The notes under the pieces: generated by a model
Database searches by the model: none
The model's input: the letters and a program-made list of their open reading frames with translations, nothing else
Told to the model about the DNA's origin: nothing
Position numbers and translations under genes: made by a program
Origin: Lama guanicoe
Lineage: Eukaryota
Reading direction: 5' to 3'
DNA length: 64,000 nucleotides
NCBI GenBank assembly: GCA_013239625.1
Contig: MU053629.1
Span: 895,567-959,566, forward strand
Shown here: one piece after another, positions 1 through 13,621 of the stretch
How positions within the stretch are numbered: the first letter of the stretch is position 1
Layout of the letters: every line of letters begins with the position of its first letter

Positions 1-699
1 AGGAATTGTAACCCAAGGAATCTGATCCAAGCCCTTGCGCTCGTCTACTGCATTACACTTTCTGGAAGGTCCCAGCCACTTCCTCCCCAGCCTCTGTTCA
101 ATTCATTCCTATAGATATCTCAGAGACCTTTAACTCAGGGCTGCTCAAACTCTTCTTCCAAAGGACTTTAAAAGTCACAGGAGAATGAATAGATACTCCT
201 GGGGTCTGGGCCCATAGCCTGGAGAAGCCTGTCATTTCAGAGATACTTATTTGCAAACAGTTGTCTTAACTTAAAAATTCATCCAGATTTTGTATTCTTA
301 TATGTAATATTTTCATGTGCGTTTTATTTTTAAAATCATGTTTTTAATTCCTTCCCATGGAGGAAACTGATGCTGTGGAGACTGGCATCAGGTTTATCCT
401 CAGGCTTCAGCCACCCTGTCGTACGAGCCCCACGTCCTCCGGGGACGGGAGTCCCATCTCAGTCCATCCAGCACAGCTTCCCCAGGAAAACCTGACGCTA
501 AATCAGAGCCTGTACTCACCAAGCATTCAACTTCCATCTCTCCTTTCCAGAGGAACAGTCAGCTCTCCCATCCCCTAAGACAGTGACTCAGTCCCTCCTT
601 GAGTAATTAAGGCAGCTGCCATGAAGGGCTATTTGCTGTCATAAGCCCCAAGCAGATCAGGTGAGACGCCAAGGGCTCCCTCCCCTGCCAAGTGACAGG

Positions 700-1175
700 C
701 GTACTGAGGACGGTGGAGGTGGAGCCAACTGAGACATGGCCTTTCTCAGCTGCTCAAGGTTTATCTAGTGGCTCTGGGTGGGGGGAGGGGAGCCCTGACT
801 TGTAGTGTTTGCTCCATCGGAGTGGGGTGTAAAGACTCCCACCACGGCTGACTTCACGCTACCAACACGATGTCCCTGAACGTGGAGTTGGATAGCGACG
901 TGCAGTAACACACACACAGCGTTCCACCAGGTAGAGGCAGCTAGACGCGGGTAATGTCGAGGACACAGATCATAGTACAGTATCGTAAAACAATCAGGAA
1001 GGAACGACTTTTTAGTGTCTATTAAATTTTGGTTTTAACACGATGTATTTAATTATAACTTTGTATAATCGACTGTTTAATAATGGCAATGTTTGACAGC
1101 TGGCTTGCAAAGTTCCAGAAGATTGATCAGTCACCTCTTGCAAGCCAGTGTGGGCTGTCTTCAGCACCCTACTGG
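700..1175. mobile_element. Old hAT DNA-transposon relic (MER63-like)
   Basis: Resembles recalled MER63 sequence (gctgacttcacgctaccaacacgatgtc...; end ...cagcaccctactg); boundaries approximate. Confidence 0.5.
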
Positions 1176-2894
1176 ACAGCTGAATTTCTCCTCTGGGGCT
1201 TAAACACTACTATTTCCCAAAATCAAATATACTCTTTTCTCTAAAACAGTAAATATAGTTTAGATCATAGAACTCACATGCGTGCAGCTCACACTGATGC
1301 AAATGTTGAAAAGAAATCCAAAGAGAAGAGTCCACTAATGACCATGGACTATCAGATGGGGAACTTCTCCCTCCTTGGTCCCTGCTGGCCCCTAGGCTTT
1401 GTGGGGCCACGAGAGGGACTGGAGAGGAGAGGGTGGCTGAGCAAATGGCTAAGTGGGCAGTACTCTGGAATGAATGTCCCAGAGCTTGGATGGAAAGGAT
1501 GGATCCAGAGAGTTAGAAACTTCTCATGGCGAGGAGGAGAGGTTTCCCAAAGGAGCTGGGTGGAAATCTGAAGACAGGTACTCTTTCTAAAGTGTAGGAG
1601 AAGCTCAGGGTTCAGTGAACGAGGTCAAGTGTGAGACAATGTCACTGAGAATCCCGCTTGTGATAGACTTGAGTTTAAGTGCCTTGGTTTAGGATTCAGG
1701 GGCGAGTTGAAATTAACAAGAAATAGGACTTTTCTTCTCCTTTGTTAGAATTTTGAAGTGGCCACAACCTCTCTAGCGGAGAACTCAGCTCATGCCTGTT
1801 CAGCCTGCCATGGCTGTTTTAGCAAGCCCCGCAAGATAAGGTGGCAAAGCGCTCATCTACACACTGGCCTCAGAGAAGAGGGACCTGGAGCCTAGCAAGT
1901 GTCCGGTGACTCGGGGTTCTAGGAGGCAGACCCACCAGTACTAGGGGAGGATAGGTGGATAACCCAACCTTCTGCTCACTCCTGTAGGTTCGAGGATGCC
2001 GCTTTCTGAAAGCAGGAAGAGGGGCCCCATGTCCGGCTGGCGTCCCTGACTCTGCCTCACATGCAGTACTGGCATGGTTGCTTCATTTGCCTGCATCTGC
2101 CCGTAGATCCTACACTTTCGAAGGGAAGAGAAGATGCCATTCCTAGCACAGGACATGGCATACAAGAGGTGCTCAATAAATGTTTGGGGGTATGAATGAG
2201 ATCCCAGAAGGAGTGCCTTCAGTCTTCCTAGGAGAGGAAAGCCCCCAGCAGCTGGAGGCAACAATGAGTGAGCGAGACACCCCCGCCCGGGAGCACCCAA
2301 CAAAATGCACAGTTGATGGACAAATGTCATGTTTTTCTCCGGATGAGCTTGAAGCACTGGGAGAAGACGGAGAAGGAGAGACTTGACCTTGACCTCCAGA
2401 GAGTCTCCTGCAGTGAGGAACAGGGCACACCTGAGGAGCTCAAACAAGTCTGGACCTGAGGTGAGTTCATGGCTCCTCTGTGAGGCTGGGTGACTCATCC
2501 AAGATCTCAGCAGCAGGAGGAGGCTTCTGCCCCGGGTCCTGGCTGCTCAGCCCGTGCTGGCTGCTCCCCTCCTCTCCGGACCAGGCAGCCGTGCTGGGGA
2601 GGGGCTGGCGGGTCACCTCCAACGGAGGAGACTTCAGACACATGGGACTGTCCCTGGGCTTTGCAGGGGTGGTGGGGATGCCTGGTGGGGAGAGAGGAGA
2701 GGAGGCAGCTCTGAGGCAGGAAATGACAAGCTATACCTGGGAAAAAAAATGCTTCGAGGTGCTGGGGGGTAGGTGAGAGGGAAACATGGGGACAGAGTTG
2801 GGAAGGCTGGTGATCTGGGGCCTGGAGTGCCCGGCTGAGACGCTGGCACTTTCACACGTCAGTTTCTTCCTACACGTTGGGGGAGGAGGGAGTT

Positions 2895-3062
2895 AACATT
2901 TACTGGTGTCATTATTTAATGAATGTCTCTCTCCCACGCCGAAATGGAAGCCCCAGGAGGGAGGGGGGCCTGTGTCTCATGTTGCTCGCCGATGTACCCC
3001 CTCCCCCTGGAGAAGTGTGGGGCATGGAACAGGCCCTTATAAGTGTTCATTGAATGAGCGAT
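2895..3062 (+). mobile_element. L2 LINE 3' end
   Basis: Typical L2 tail pattern ...ggaagccccaggagg...catggaacaggcccttataagtgttcattgaatga. Confidence 0.6.
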
Positions 3063-4479
3063 CAGAAATGTTCAGTTTGTATGTTTGATGTTAGGTTCCC
3101 GGGCAGCCACAGCAGCCAGAGAGACACAGCCAGGAGCCTCTGTGCCTTGTAGTTCGTCAGCTTCCGGTCTTCTGTATGCAGTGGGGTACCTTTAGTGTCT
3201 CACTTGTAGCAGGAGTTCTTTAACTAAAAAAAAAAAAAGAGTAAAACTGGCGTGGAGCAGGTGTCCTCTCGGGCCCTCGGCGCTCTGTCATTCTGGGCGT
3301 GGCCTGGAGGCATGACCCAGGGGGCTGAGCGTGGATGGGCGTGGCCCTGGTTCTCTGGGCCCATCATCTCCACCACTGGCTGCACCCGGACGTTTGCCCA
3401 CTTTGGAGGGCACCTCTCTCTTAAGTTCAGGGCCTGATCACCAAACAGGCCTTTCCTTTCCTATTGCCTGAGGCCCTGAGAGAATGACGTGGCACAAAGC
3501 CCCCCTCAGTCTCTGCTCTGCCCCTGCAGGCCCACTGTGCTCACCCCCTCGAGTTGGCAGCTGCCCTGACCTGCTGGAGGGTCACCCCGAGCCATGCCAG
3601 CTCCCACTAGCTGCCTGGATTTCCTAGACCTAGACTCAGAGCAGCCAAATCAGTTGAAAAGAAAAAAATATATATATCCTTTCTCCACACCCGGACTCCT
3701 CACACTTGAGCTGGGGAAGAGCCAACAAAAATAGCATGATGTCATCCCCGACTGATCCTGTTAATCCCTTTTCTGAGGAATATTGAGTCTTGGTTTTTAT
3801 TTAAAAGCGATTTTATTGTCAAAAGCTGGTTAAAAGCCTCTGAGAGCCGTGCTGGGAGAGCTAGTGGCGTCTTTGATGTGCAGAGTGGTGCAGGGCCCTC
3901 GGCCCATGAGCCCTGACAAGGGAAGAAATGGGATTTGCAGAAGGCCGGGAAGCTGGAGGAATTCTGTTTCAGACACTGTGCCTTACCAGCAGCATCTGGT
4001 TTTGCATTTCACGGCCAGCGCCCCTCTGCAAGACAACCTCTCTGAGAATTTCTCAGCCTCTGCAGGGCCTGTGAGGAACGCCACGGCCGGACTCCCTCTG
4101 GACCACCGTCTTTCCTGCCCCATCATCACTAGAGAATGCACTCGCCTCTGTTGGAGTGCCCTGCCCCCACGCTCACCCCCATCACCCAGCATCCAAATCC
4201 CAACCCAGTCTAGAAGGGCTGCCTTCGAGAGGCAAGGTGGGCTTGGGGCCAGCGGACATGGGCTTGAGGCTTAGCTTTGGGCAAATCTGGGAAAGCCACT
4301 TTACCTCTGAGCCTTGGTGCCTCGTAGGTAAGACAGAAATACGAGTCCCTGGCCTCCTAGCTACCCTGCGTCACACGCGACCACCCCAGCGTCCAAAGGA
4401 AATCACGTGTCTTCAGAAGCTCTACAAACACAAGAGCTCAGTACTAAGGCCAAGCATTGCTGCAAGGAAAGTAAAGCGC

Positions 4480-5520
4480 ATAGGAGGCCCACAGGAGCCA
4501 GGGAGTTGGAGGTGTGTTTCAAGGGAGTGAGTCCAATGAGGGATCATGGAATCTGAGACAGAAAGAAAGGGAAGTGAAGCCAAGAGGACACTGATGGGTA
4601 GTGAGGAGGAATTGGGCCAAGTAGGTCTGGGTTCATGCGGTCAAAGAATTGTTACAGGAGGCCATGAGGAAGTAAGCTGGAGGGATAGGCCAGAGAAAGA
4701 GATGTTTGGGTTTTGGTTTTGGGAGGTTTGCCCTTTTTGTGATGAGAAGGGAATGGGTAGTGAGCTATGAAAGTGTTCCTGGCAATGAGGTCAAGATTGG
4801 GATCCTGGAAAAATTATCCTCGTGATTGAAGAGAGGCCGAGGAATTATGAGGGAGTTGGGGCGGAAAGGATTCCAGCAGCCCAAGAGTGAAGGTGGTCAG
4901 GGAGTGGGGGGTTGACCAGAAGGCCCAGGGGGCATCAGGGACGGGGAGGGGGTGACTGGTGCAAGTTTGGAGGAGCAGAGGCTTTGACGAGATGAAGGGG
5001 AGAGTAGGGGCAGCCTGGGGAGCCAGGAGGATTACAGACTGATCCTCTGACCCTGAGGAGGGGGTGTGAGAATAGCAGCCCCCACCTGAAAGGACAGCAG
5101 GCAGAGGGAAGGGAGGGTTCCAGGAAAAGGCTGAGGGTACAGAGGAGTTCGCTGCCTCGAAGATGAGGGGATGGGAGGGATGCGGGGGACAGAGCAGGCC
5201 AGCTGAGCAAATGAACAGAGCAGTGTGGGGATGGAGCCACACTGGGAGCTGGAGGGTACCTGGGGAGACCTGGGCTCCGAGCTGAGCATGAGGAGAATGG
5301 GTTTGAATATGATGGATGTTGTCCCTGTGGTCTGTAGGAGGGGGTGAGGACTTGGAGCTGACACCTTCACATGGTGTCTTGGCCACAGGTAGATTTGGGC
5401 AGGCGGGGCTTGAGCGGGCCATCATTTAAAGGCAGCTTCCATGGACCTCAAGCAGTGGATGGTGCTTGTGAGGAGGGATGATGGCTCCATTGGCCGGAGG
5501 GTGGTCAGATCAGGGACCAG
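4480..5520 (-). mobile_element. Ancient L2 internal fragment (endonuclease-region remnant)
   Basis: G-rich + strand; minus-strand translation AVLSGGGCYSHTPSSGSEDQSVILLAP resembles the L2 AP-endonuclease segment. Confidence 0.5.
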
Positions 5521-5614
5521 AGGAGGTTGCATTTGCCCCTTCTCACACAGCGGCCAAACTTAAGTGGGCAAGCTTTTGTAGTGACCTCTGTCAGTGTGAC
5601 AGTCATCTCAGGAC

Positions 5615-5950
5615 CCTCTCATTCTACCAGCCTCCAAGATGGCCCCCAGTGGTCCTTATCTCTCGTTATTCTTGCTCTTGTATAGTCCCTTTCTCATTGA
5701 TCAGGGCTGAGATAGGTGAACAATAGAATACAATGGACATGGTGACGTGTGACTTCCAGGACGAGGTCACAGAGGCACTATAGCTCCTTCCTTGGTCTTC
5801 TCAATAGGTGACTATGGGGGAAGCCAGTCGCCACGTTGGAAGGACCCTCAAGCAGCTTCATGGAGAGGTTGGGGTGGAGGGGAACCAACTTGCAGCCACA
5901 TGAGTGAGCCACTGAGTTTGGGGGTAATTTGCTACACAACAGTAATTGGA
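5615..5950 (+). mobile_element. MaLR LTR (MLT1 family)
   Basis: 5' cagcctccaagatggccccc and 3' agccactgagtttgggggtaatttgctacaca motifs. Confidence 0.7.
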
Positions 5951-6324
5951 GATGAGAAAAAAGGGAGGTAATGTGTATGGAAGCAAGAACAGTGGAGTAG
6001 TGTCTGGCACATTGCCCCTCCGGGGGCTCCGAGGGACCTTCCAGCAGGTGTGGCCAGCTCCTCAGGAACATAGCTAACAGATGCCCAAGCTGTCGGTCAG
6101 CCTGGTCCCTCACATGTCCCTCATGTGTGGTTATGTTTGCAAGAGATGCTGAATATCTTGGCCTCCGGGGGCAAGGGTCAGGCAGTGGTGGGGCCCAGGG
6201 TAAGGCAGTTCATGAACAGCCGCCCCTCTATGGGCAGTGTCCTCCTGGCCCTCTAAGCCCGTCTGGCCACAGACCTCCCTGGGCTGTGTTTTTCCTTTGT
6301 GTAAACCTGGGATTAGAACACCCA

Positions 6325-6532
6325 TGAATGAACAGCCCGTGAAGCACTCACCTGTCTTTGTAAACAGACAAAGCTTGATGAGAACTCAGCCACGCCTGTT
6401 TGTTTGTATATTGTCTGAGGCTGTTTTTGTGCCACAAGGGCAGATCGGAGCAGTTGTAACAGAAATATGTACATCCTGCAAAGCCTGAAATACTTCCTAG
6501 CTGACCTTCTAAGGAGAAGTTTGCTGACTCCC
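6325..6532. mobile_element. MER58-like hAT-Charlie MITE
   Basis: cagccacgcctgtttgtttgtatattgtctgaggctg...gcaaagcctgaaatac...aagtttgctgactcc. Confidence 0.7.
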
Positions 6533-6724
6533 AGTAGAAACGGTCGGAGGATCGCTGGCTGGCGCAGCTGAGAGCCAGAGAGGCAGCCCGGGCTGTCTGC
6601 TCCGTGCCCGGCTCTGCTTCTGTCTTTCTCTCTCAAGGTGAAGGACTTCCCAACAAGATGGAGAGTAGGCACGTCAGGGGAATCTCACCGATCCTGACAC
6701 ATGTGCCAACAGAGGTCCATCCTC

Positions 6725-7025
6725 CTGCATTAGTTACCTGTTGCTGTACGGCAGCTTACGCCAAAACTTGGTGCCTTCAAGCAATAAACAGTTATTATCT
6801 TGCACAGTTCCTGAGGGTCAGGGATCTAGGCATGGCTGAGGTTGCTGGTTCTGGTTTGGGTCTTTTACAAGATCAAGGTGTTGGCTGGGGCTGCAGTCAC
6901 CTGAAGGCTTGACTGGGGCTATAAAATGCGATTTCAATCAATCAGGATGTGATTTCATTTCACATGGCTGTCAGGTCACAGCTGGGTGTGGACAGGGGTC
7001 CCTCCCATCCCAGCAGGACCTCTGT
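6725..7025 (-). mobile_element. MaLR LTR (MLT1 family), reverse
   Basis: tgcattagttacctgttgctg...aaaacttggtgccttcaagcaataaac...cacagttc, the reverse MLT1 3' end. Confidence 0.65.
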
Positions 7026-8419
7026 TTTCTGCTGTTTCTTCTTTGAGGTGGGGAAGGTGTTCCGTGGTGCTTCGCCTTTTCCAAGGGTTTCTCCCAAACC
7101 GAGGATGTTCCTGAGATGTGACCTGCAAACCTCATCCCAGACTGCACAAAAAGATTACACCGTCATGCCAGTCTGGGCAAGAGGCAGACCCCCTCCTCCG
7201 TCTCCTGCCCCAGCAGATAAATGGGCAACTGCAAGGCCTGGGGATTATCCTAACGTGGAAAGAAACCTCGCTTGCTCCGAGAACCCCTCCTTAATCACCC
7301 CAGTCAACTCTCCTGGCCTCCGCTTTGCCCTCCAAAGCAGTAATCTGACACTTAGGACCTGCATTGATTACATTCACAGATGAGTTGCATCCATATCTTT
7401 TCCCAGCTGGAGCATAAGCTGGAGGATGGGGAGCCCTCTTAGACTTCCCGTCCACCACACACCTGGCCCAGTGCCTGGCGATGAATCAGAGCTTACAAAT
7501 GTTAGTGGGGTGGCTGCCCCGTGGATGGCGTGGAACACAGGCTGCAGACCCTGCCTCCCAGGGCCCAAAAGAGCAAATATCGTGGTCAGTGGGACAGTGG
7601 AAAGGCGAGTCTCTCTTGGGGCCAGTGCAGATGATTAAGGAAGTCAACTGACAGACAGGACCACACCGGCCCCTGACAGCCTGTGCCTTTCCTCCAGGCT
7701 GCGGAGGCAGGACCTGTCCTGTCGTCCATCCCAGAGGCGGAGCCAAGCCCCAGCGCCTGCTGCCTGGAGAGCTGGTGCCGTCTCCGCTGAAATTCCAGGC
7801 CTGTGGGAGCGAGGTCTCGGGTTACACCCCCGTCCTAGGCCCCTCAGCTTTTGACAGGAGCTGCTTTGGGACGGGGCGTCACCACCACCCCATTAGTGCA
7901 GGAAATATTTGCCAGAGAGCGTCACCCTCCAGGAGGAGAATGACAACTGAAGATCTCCGTTTCCTGGTTCCAGGACCCTTTTAGCTTAAATGCGTTCCTT
8001 AATCCTTCCTCCCTCCCAGGCGGCTCAGGGACCTGCAGGCTGTCCACACACTGTGTCCTTTTTAAGTTTAGAAATTGACCTCGCCGTAACACCTCCTTGC
8101 AGCATCCTTGCAAGTGTCCCAGTGTGCACCACCGGATGTATCTGCACGTCAACGCCGTGAAGCAGGACGAGATGTTTCAGCTCAGATAAATAATGGAATA
8201 ACCACAGACAACTAACACTGTGCTAAACATTTCACATATACTATCATACGTAAGCCTCTGAACAACCATCTGAGGTGGGAATATCTCTGTCCCCATTTTC
8301 AGATGAATAAACTGAGGCTTAGGGGTGTTAAGAAACTTCCAGAGTCACCCATCTGGGAAGTAGTGAGACCAAGATTCAGATTCAGGAGAGTCTGGCTCCA
8401 AAGCACAAACTGTCTCTTT

Positions 8420-8861
8420 CTCTCTTTTTTTAATTGATGTATAGTTGCTATACAATATTACATATCACAGGTGTACAGTATAGTGATTCACAAGTTTTAA
8501 ACGTTGTACTTCATTTATAGTTATTATAAAATATTGGCTATATTCCCTGTATTGTGCAATATATCCTTGTAGTTTATTTTATACGTAATAGTTTATACCT
8601 CTGAATCTCCTACCCCTATATTGCCCCTCCCCTCTTCCCTCTCCACCCTGGTAACCACTAATGTGTTATCTATTATCCGTAAATCTGTTTCTTTTTTGTT
8701 ATATTCTCTAGTTTGTTGTATTTTCTAGATTCCACATATAAGTGATAACATACAGTATTTGTCTTTCTCTGTCTGACTTACTTCACTTTGCATAACACCC
8801 TCCAAGTCCATACATGTTGCAAATGGCAAAATGGCATTCTTTTTTATGGCTGAGTAGTATT

Positions 8862-8899
<38 letters not shown>

Positions 8900-9512
8900 G
8901 CATCTTTTTTCTCTGTTCACCTGTTGATGGACACTTAGGTTGCCTCCATATTTTGCCAATTGTAAATAATGCTGCTGTGAAAATTGGGGTGCATGTATCT
9001 TTTCAAATAAGTGTTTTTGTTTTACTCAGATCTATACCCAGGAGTGGAATTGCTAGGTCATATGGTAGTTCTATTTTTGGTTTTTTGATAAACCTCCATA
9101 CTGTTTTCCACAGTGCCGTACCAATTTACATTCCCACCAACAGTGTCTAAGGGTTGCCTTTTCTCCACATCCTCACCAGCATTCCCTATTTGTGTTCTTA
9201 TTGATGATAACCATTCTAACAAGTGTGAGGTGATACCTTGTTGTGGTTTGATTTGCATTTCCTTGATCATTAGTGATGTTGAATGTCTTTTCATGTGCCT
9301 GTTGGCCATCTGCATGTCCTCTTTGAAAAAATGTCTCTTCACATCTTCTGCCCATTTTTCAATCAGGTTGTTTGGGGCTTTTTGATGTTGAGTTGTATGA
9401 GCTGTTTATATATTTTGGCTATTAACCCCTTATTGGTCATACCATGTGCAAATATTTTCTCCCATTCAGTAGGTTGTCTTTTCATTTTGTTGATGGCTTC
9501 CTTTGCTGTGCA
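8420..9512 (-). mobile_element. 5'-truncated L1 (ORF2 C-terminus + 3'UTR) inserted in a MIR; internal (TG)n at ~8864-8896
   Basis: ORF 9058..9342(-) [28 protein letters not shown] is L1 ORF2-like; poly-T at left; caaagcacaa on both flanks. Confidence 0.9.
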
Positions 9513-9811
9513 AAGCACAATCTCTTAACACTCACGGTCCCCTTCTGCCCACGTGCCTGTGCTGCTATCAACACTATGCTACATGCAGGAAACATAGGGG
9601 CACTTAAGATACCAACTTTGACTCTCAAGTTTTCAACCCAGCGAGGGAAATTAATTTAACATGTTTTTAAAATTATATATCATAAGGTGATATTCATAAT
9701 AATAAAAGATATGTATAGGAGTGATTCAAAGATGGTTATTAATTCTATATATAAGGAGGAAAAGAGATTAGGGAAAGCTGCACAAAGGAATGCTCAAAAA
9801 AATGAACTTTA

Positions 9812-9945
9812 AAAAAAATTTATTTTGGAGGGGGGAATTAAGTTTATTTATTTATTTTAACAGAGGTACTGGGGATTGAACCCAGGGCCTCGTGCATGCT
9901 GAGCACAGCATTCTACCACTGAGCTATATGCCACCCCTCCCCCAC
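9812..9945 (-). mobile_element. tRNA-Ala-derived SINE (camelid vic-1-like)
   Basis: gaggtactggggattgaacccagggcctcgtgcatgct...ctaccactgagctata is the reverse of the A/B-box tRNA-like head. Confidence 0.85.
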
Positions 9946-10099
9946 ACAAAAAAATGGAACTTCCTTTCCTTATGGTGTAGTTTCTTTTCTATTTTGAATG
10001 TGTAATCTTTAACTATCATCCATCCACACTGGCATCTTGTGGCTGAGTCATCCATCATCTGGGCAAGACCCAGGCAAAAGGGGCCTCATCATACTAATT

Positions 10100-10460
10100 C
10101 TTTTTTTTAATTGAAGTATATATAGCTGATTTACAATGTTGTGTTAGTTTCTGGTGTACAGCATAGTGATTCAATTATACATATATATATTGTTTTTCAT
10201 TATAGGTTATTATAGGCTATTGACTATAGTTCCCTATACAGTAGGAACTTGTTTATCTACTAGTAATTTCTATCTGCTAAGCCCAAACTCCTAATTTATT
10301 CCTCCCCAACCCTTTCCCCTTTGGTAACCATAAGTTTGTTTTCTATGTCTGTGAGTCTGTTTCTGTTTTGTAAGTAAGTTCGTTTGCATCATTTTTTAAG
10401 ATTCCACATATGTGATATCATATGATATTTTTCTTTCTCTGTCTGACTTACTTCACTTTG
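10100..10460 (-). mobile_element. L1 3'UTR fragment
   Basis: poly-T then typical L1 3' end; TSD-like atcata(c/g)taattc on both sides. Confidence 0.85.
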
Positions 10461-10512
10461 TATCATAGTAATTCTTTATGTTGACGACAGATAGACATGA
10501 TTACATAGTTTT

Positions 10513-10601
10513 GTTTGTTTTTTAATGGAGGTACTGGGGATTGAACCCAGCACCTCGTGCATGCTAAGCACGTGCTCTACCACTGAGCTACGCCCACCCA
10601 C
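10513..10601 (-). mobile_element. tRNA-Ala-derived SINE (vic-1-like)
   Basis: Same family head; 11-bp TSD tacatagtttt at 10502-10512 and 10602-10612. Confidence 0.88.
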
Positions 10602-13344
10602 TACATAGTTTTATTTTTATAAAAACATTTTTAAAGATTTAATTACATTTTCAAAAGAATAGCAATTTTATCTAAGTAATATTGATTTTTCAGGTTGACA
10701 TAAATTTATGATAATTTATATTTTTTCTTTCAATTCCGTAGATTGTTTTGCATATTGATTTGCATGAATATTCAGTTACATGGAAAAACATTAGATGGGT
10801 TCACTCCCCACACCAGCCACACTCACTTATCGCCCCACAAGCCCTCCTGAGCTAGCAAACAGCGGCTTGGCGAGGTGTACAGCCCCGTAGTTGGCACCTG
10901 ACTCCACAGGAAGCATGTAAAAGGCTCCCTGACTGGGGCAGGAGGGGCTTCACATACAAGCTGTATCCGCTGCTGCCACGTATAGTGTTCAGTTGCTCAC
11001 TCTGCCTTGCTTTGCCCTTGGCTTTCTGTCTCCTGGTACCTAACTCTTCCCCTGGCTTCCTGAATACCTTGACTGATCGTTTTAGCGCTGTCCTCCTGAA
11101 CCAGGTCTTTGTCAACTTTACTTTGATGATCACAATCCCTGCTTCCTCCCCAGCAAGTATCCCCTCACATCCATTCACCTGGTATGACACAGTGCACTCA
11201 CACACATGTATGCTTTAAAACTGCTCTTTTCAAGAATACGCAGAAAATGGTCTCCTTCATCACTCATTTCATGTAAATCATTGTACCAACCAGTCCGATC
11301 CTGGCCTCACTATGTGCTCTTTCAGACTAACTCATAAATCATTAAACCTAGAAAGGAGATCAGCCAGTTTGCGGCACTCTTTTCACAACTGGGGCAACGG
11401 AGGCCCGAGGAGAGGAGATGACTTGCCTGTGGTCACACAACCAGAAAACTCAGACCAGAGCCAGCCCTCCAAGCTCCAAGCCCAGCAACCATTCTCTTGC
11501 TCCACACCACCTGGTTGGCTAATTGTGCATTCCAGCAGCGCCCCACCCCAGTACATGTCTCCCTGACGTCCTAAAGAACGGTTATCGTGAATTGCGGGCT
11601 GGAAATTTGACGCTGAGTGTGCAGAGGGAAAGCAAAAGGGGCTATTTCATAAATGACACAATGGCATTCTCCAAAATGGAGCTACAGGGTTTCTGACGCC
11701 CTGAGAGCCTGCATGCCTTTCTGGAGACTAAACATTTTCACAGTTCCTTTGGCCCAGGGGTTATTTTCTTGTTGAAAAAATGGAAAATCACCATTCCAGT
11801 TGCTAAGAAAAATAACTTCAGCTGGACTAATCTGGAGACAAAGGTTCTTCTGAAACCGAAGGAGGATAGAATAGTCAGGGGAAGTAAATATTTACTTTAT
11901 ATAAATGCTGAATGTTTCTTCTGGCTTTCTTTCTATTTGGTAGTACCTAAGAACTCCTAACTGGCTGGTTAGAGAGAGGCTGGGTCGCCCAGGTCATAGG
12001 AGGAGCTGAGTGGTCATGAGGCTGCAGGAGAAGCTGGCCACTGGGGTCCCCTGCCCGGCCACGGCTGTCGGGAGCTGCAGCCCACAGTCCCTGAGCTGAG
12101 GATGAGATGACTCTTCCGGGGGAGACCCACCCAGAAGAGCTCCTCCCTCGAGATAGAATCGTTAGCAATCTGACACCCTATTTATTACCTATCTTCAAAG
12201 TGTACTTCTTCCTAATGAACTACTGCTTTTGCCATTGACATTTCTCTTGTTAGAATTTGCTTCTTTTTGGTTTGGTTTGGTTTTCGGTTTTCAATATTTT
12301 TATTAAGATATAATTCACGTATCATAGAATTCACCATTTAAAGGTTCTCAGTGCAATGGTTTTTCTGCTTTATTGAGGCATAATTGACAAAATATATATA
12401 TAATGTACAATGTGATGGTTTCATATAAATATGCATTATGAAATGACCATCACAGCCAAGCTAATTAGCATTCATACAATTTGCTTCTTGGTATCAGAAT
12501 CATTTATGTTCATTTCATTGATTTCATAATCGATTCATTTTTAATCCAAATGTTCTCGGTTATTTAGCTAAAGAAGAATGAGTTTCTTTAAGGAAAAATC
12601 TTAAGTTAGTATCTTTAGTTAAAAGATTCCACAAATGAGGCAAACCTGAAAGGAAAAAACCTAACTGTTGGAAACACTGAAGATGTCAGCCACTTCAGGT
12701 AGCATGGGGGAGAGGTTTCTCCTGGGAGGTTAAGGAGGTCAGTGGGGCGTGACACCTGTTCTGAAAACCCACTGATGTTTTCACAGACGCTTGCAGCTGC
12801 ATCGTCATGCGTGTGAATGCTGTTCAACAGCACGGCACCATCTTCTGGAATGTGCTTCCGTTTGTTGAATGAAGTCACAGATAGACGGTTTTTACTTGCC
12901 AGGATGTTTGGAATTGCCCCCGAAGGGCCAGGGCAAAGAAGGAGCCTGCAGTGTCCCTAGCTTCACAGTAAATCTGCCCTGTAAACCATAAAAGTGAGGC
13001 ACAAACTCGCAAGGGTCACTTCACCTACACTTCAAGATACCCACCTCACAGCCAATGAGACGGACAAAGCGCAGTGCACTGGGGTTACGGTGCGATCATG
13101 CGACGGGACTAGACCAGGGGAGAAAGGGCGTCTATCAGATTCAGGCCGTGTGACTTTGGGCAATGCTTTACATATATCTGAAATACAACAGTGTTAGTAA
13201 GACTACATATTAATACTTCTATAAATAAGATTAATGATACTGGCCCGCTCTACCTCACAGAGGTGATAATCAAATTGTTTAAGAGCTGAAAAAGTACTTT
13301 ATAAACTACAAAGTACTTCCTGAAAATAATGTCATATTTGTGTT

Positions 13345-13477
13345 GGGGGGAGGTAATTAGTTCTATTTATGTGTTTATTATTAGCTTGTTTGTTTTTTAA
13401 TGGCGCTACTAGGGATTGAACCCATGACCTCATGCATGCTAAGCACACACTCTACACTAAGCTATCCCTCCCTCCTC
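13345..13477 (-). mobile_element. tRNA-Ala-derived SINE (vic-1-like)
   Basis: ggggggaggtaattag...agggattgaaccc...catgcatgctaagcac...gctatccctccc. Confidence 0.82.
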
Positions 13478-13621
13478 AATCATGTATTCACTAAATGTTT
13501 ATTGAGTACCTACTATATGCTAGGCACTGTTCAGCATTGGAAATAAAACGTTAAACAAATTGTCTTTTTAATTGATACAATTGATTTTCTTCCTGGCCTT
13601 TAAGCTGAATGGTTCTTCGGC

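Noticed and set aside
1941..2498. 185-aa minus-strand ORF
   Set aside because: Crosses an L2 tail (TFIEHLLYA-type translation); no exon structure or domain similarity
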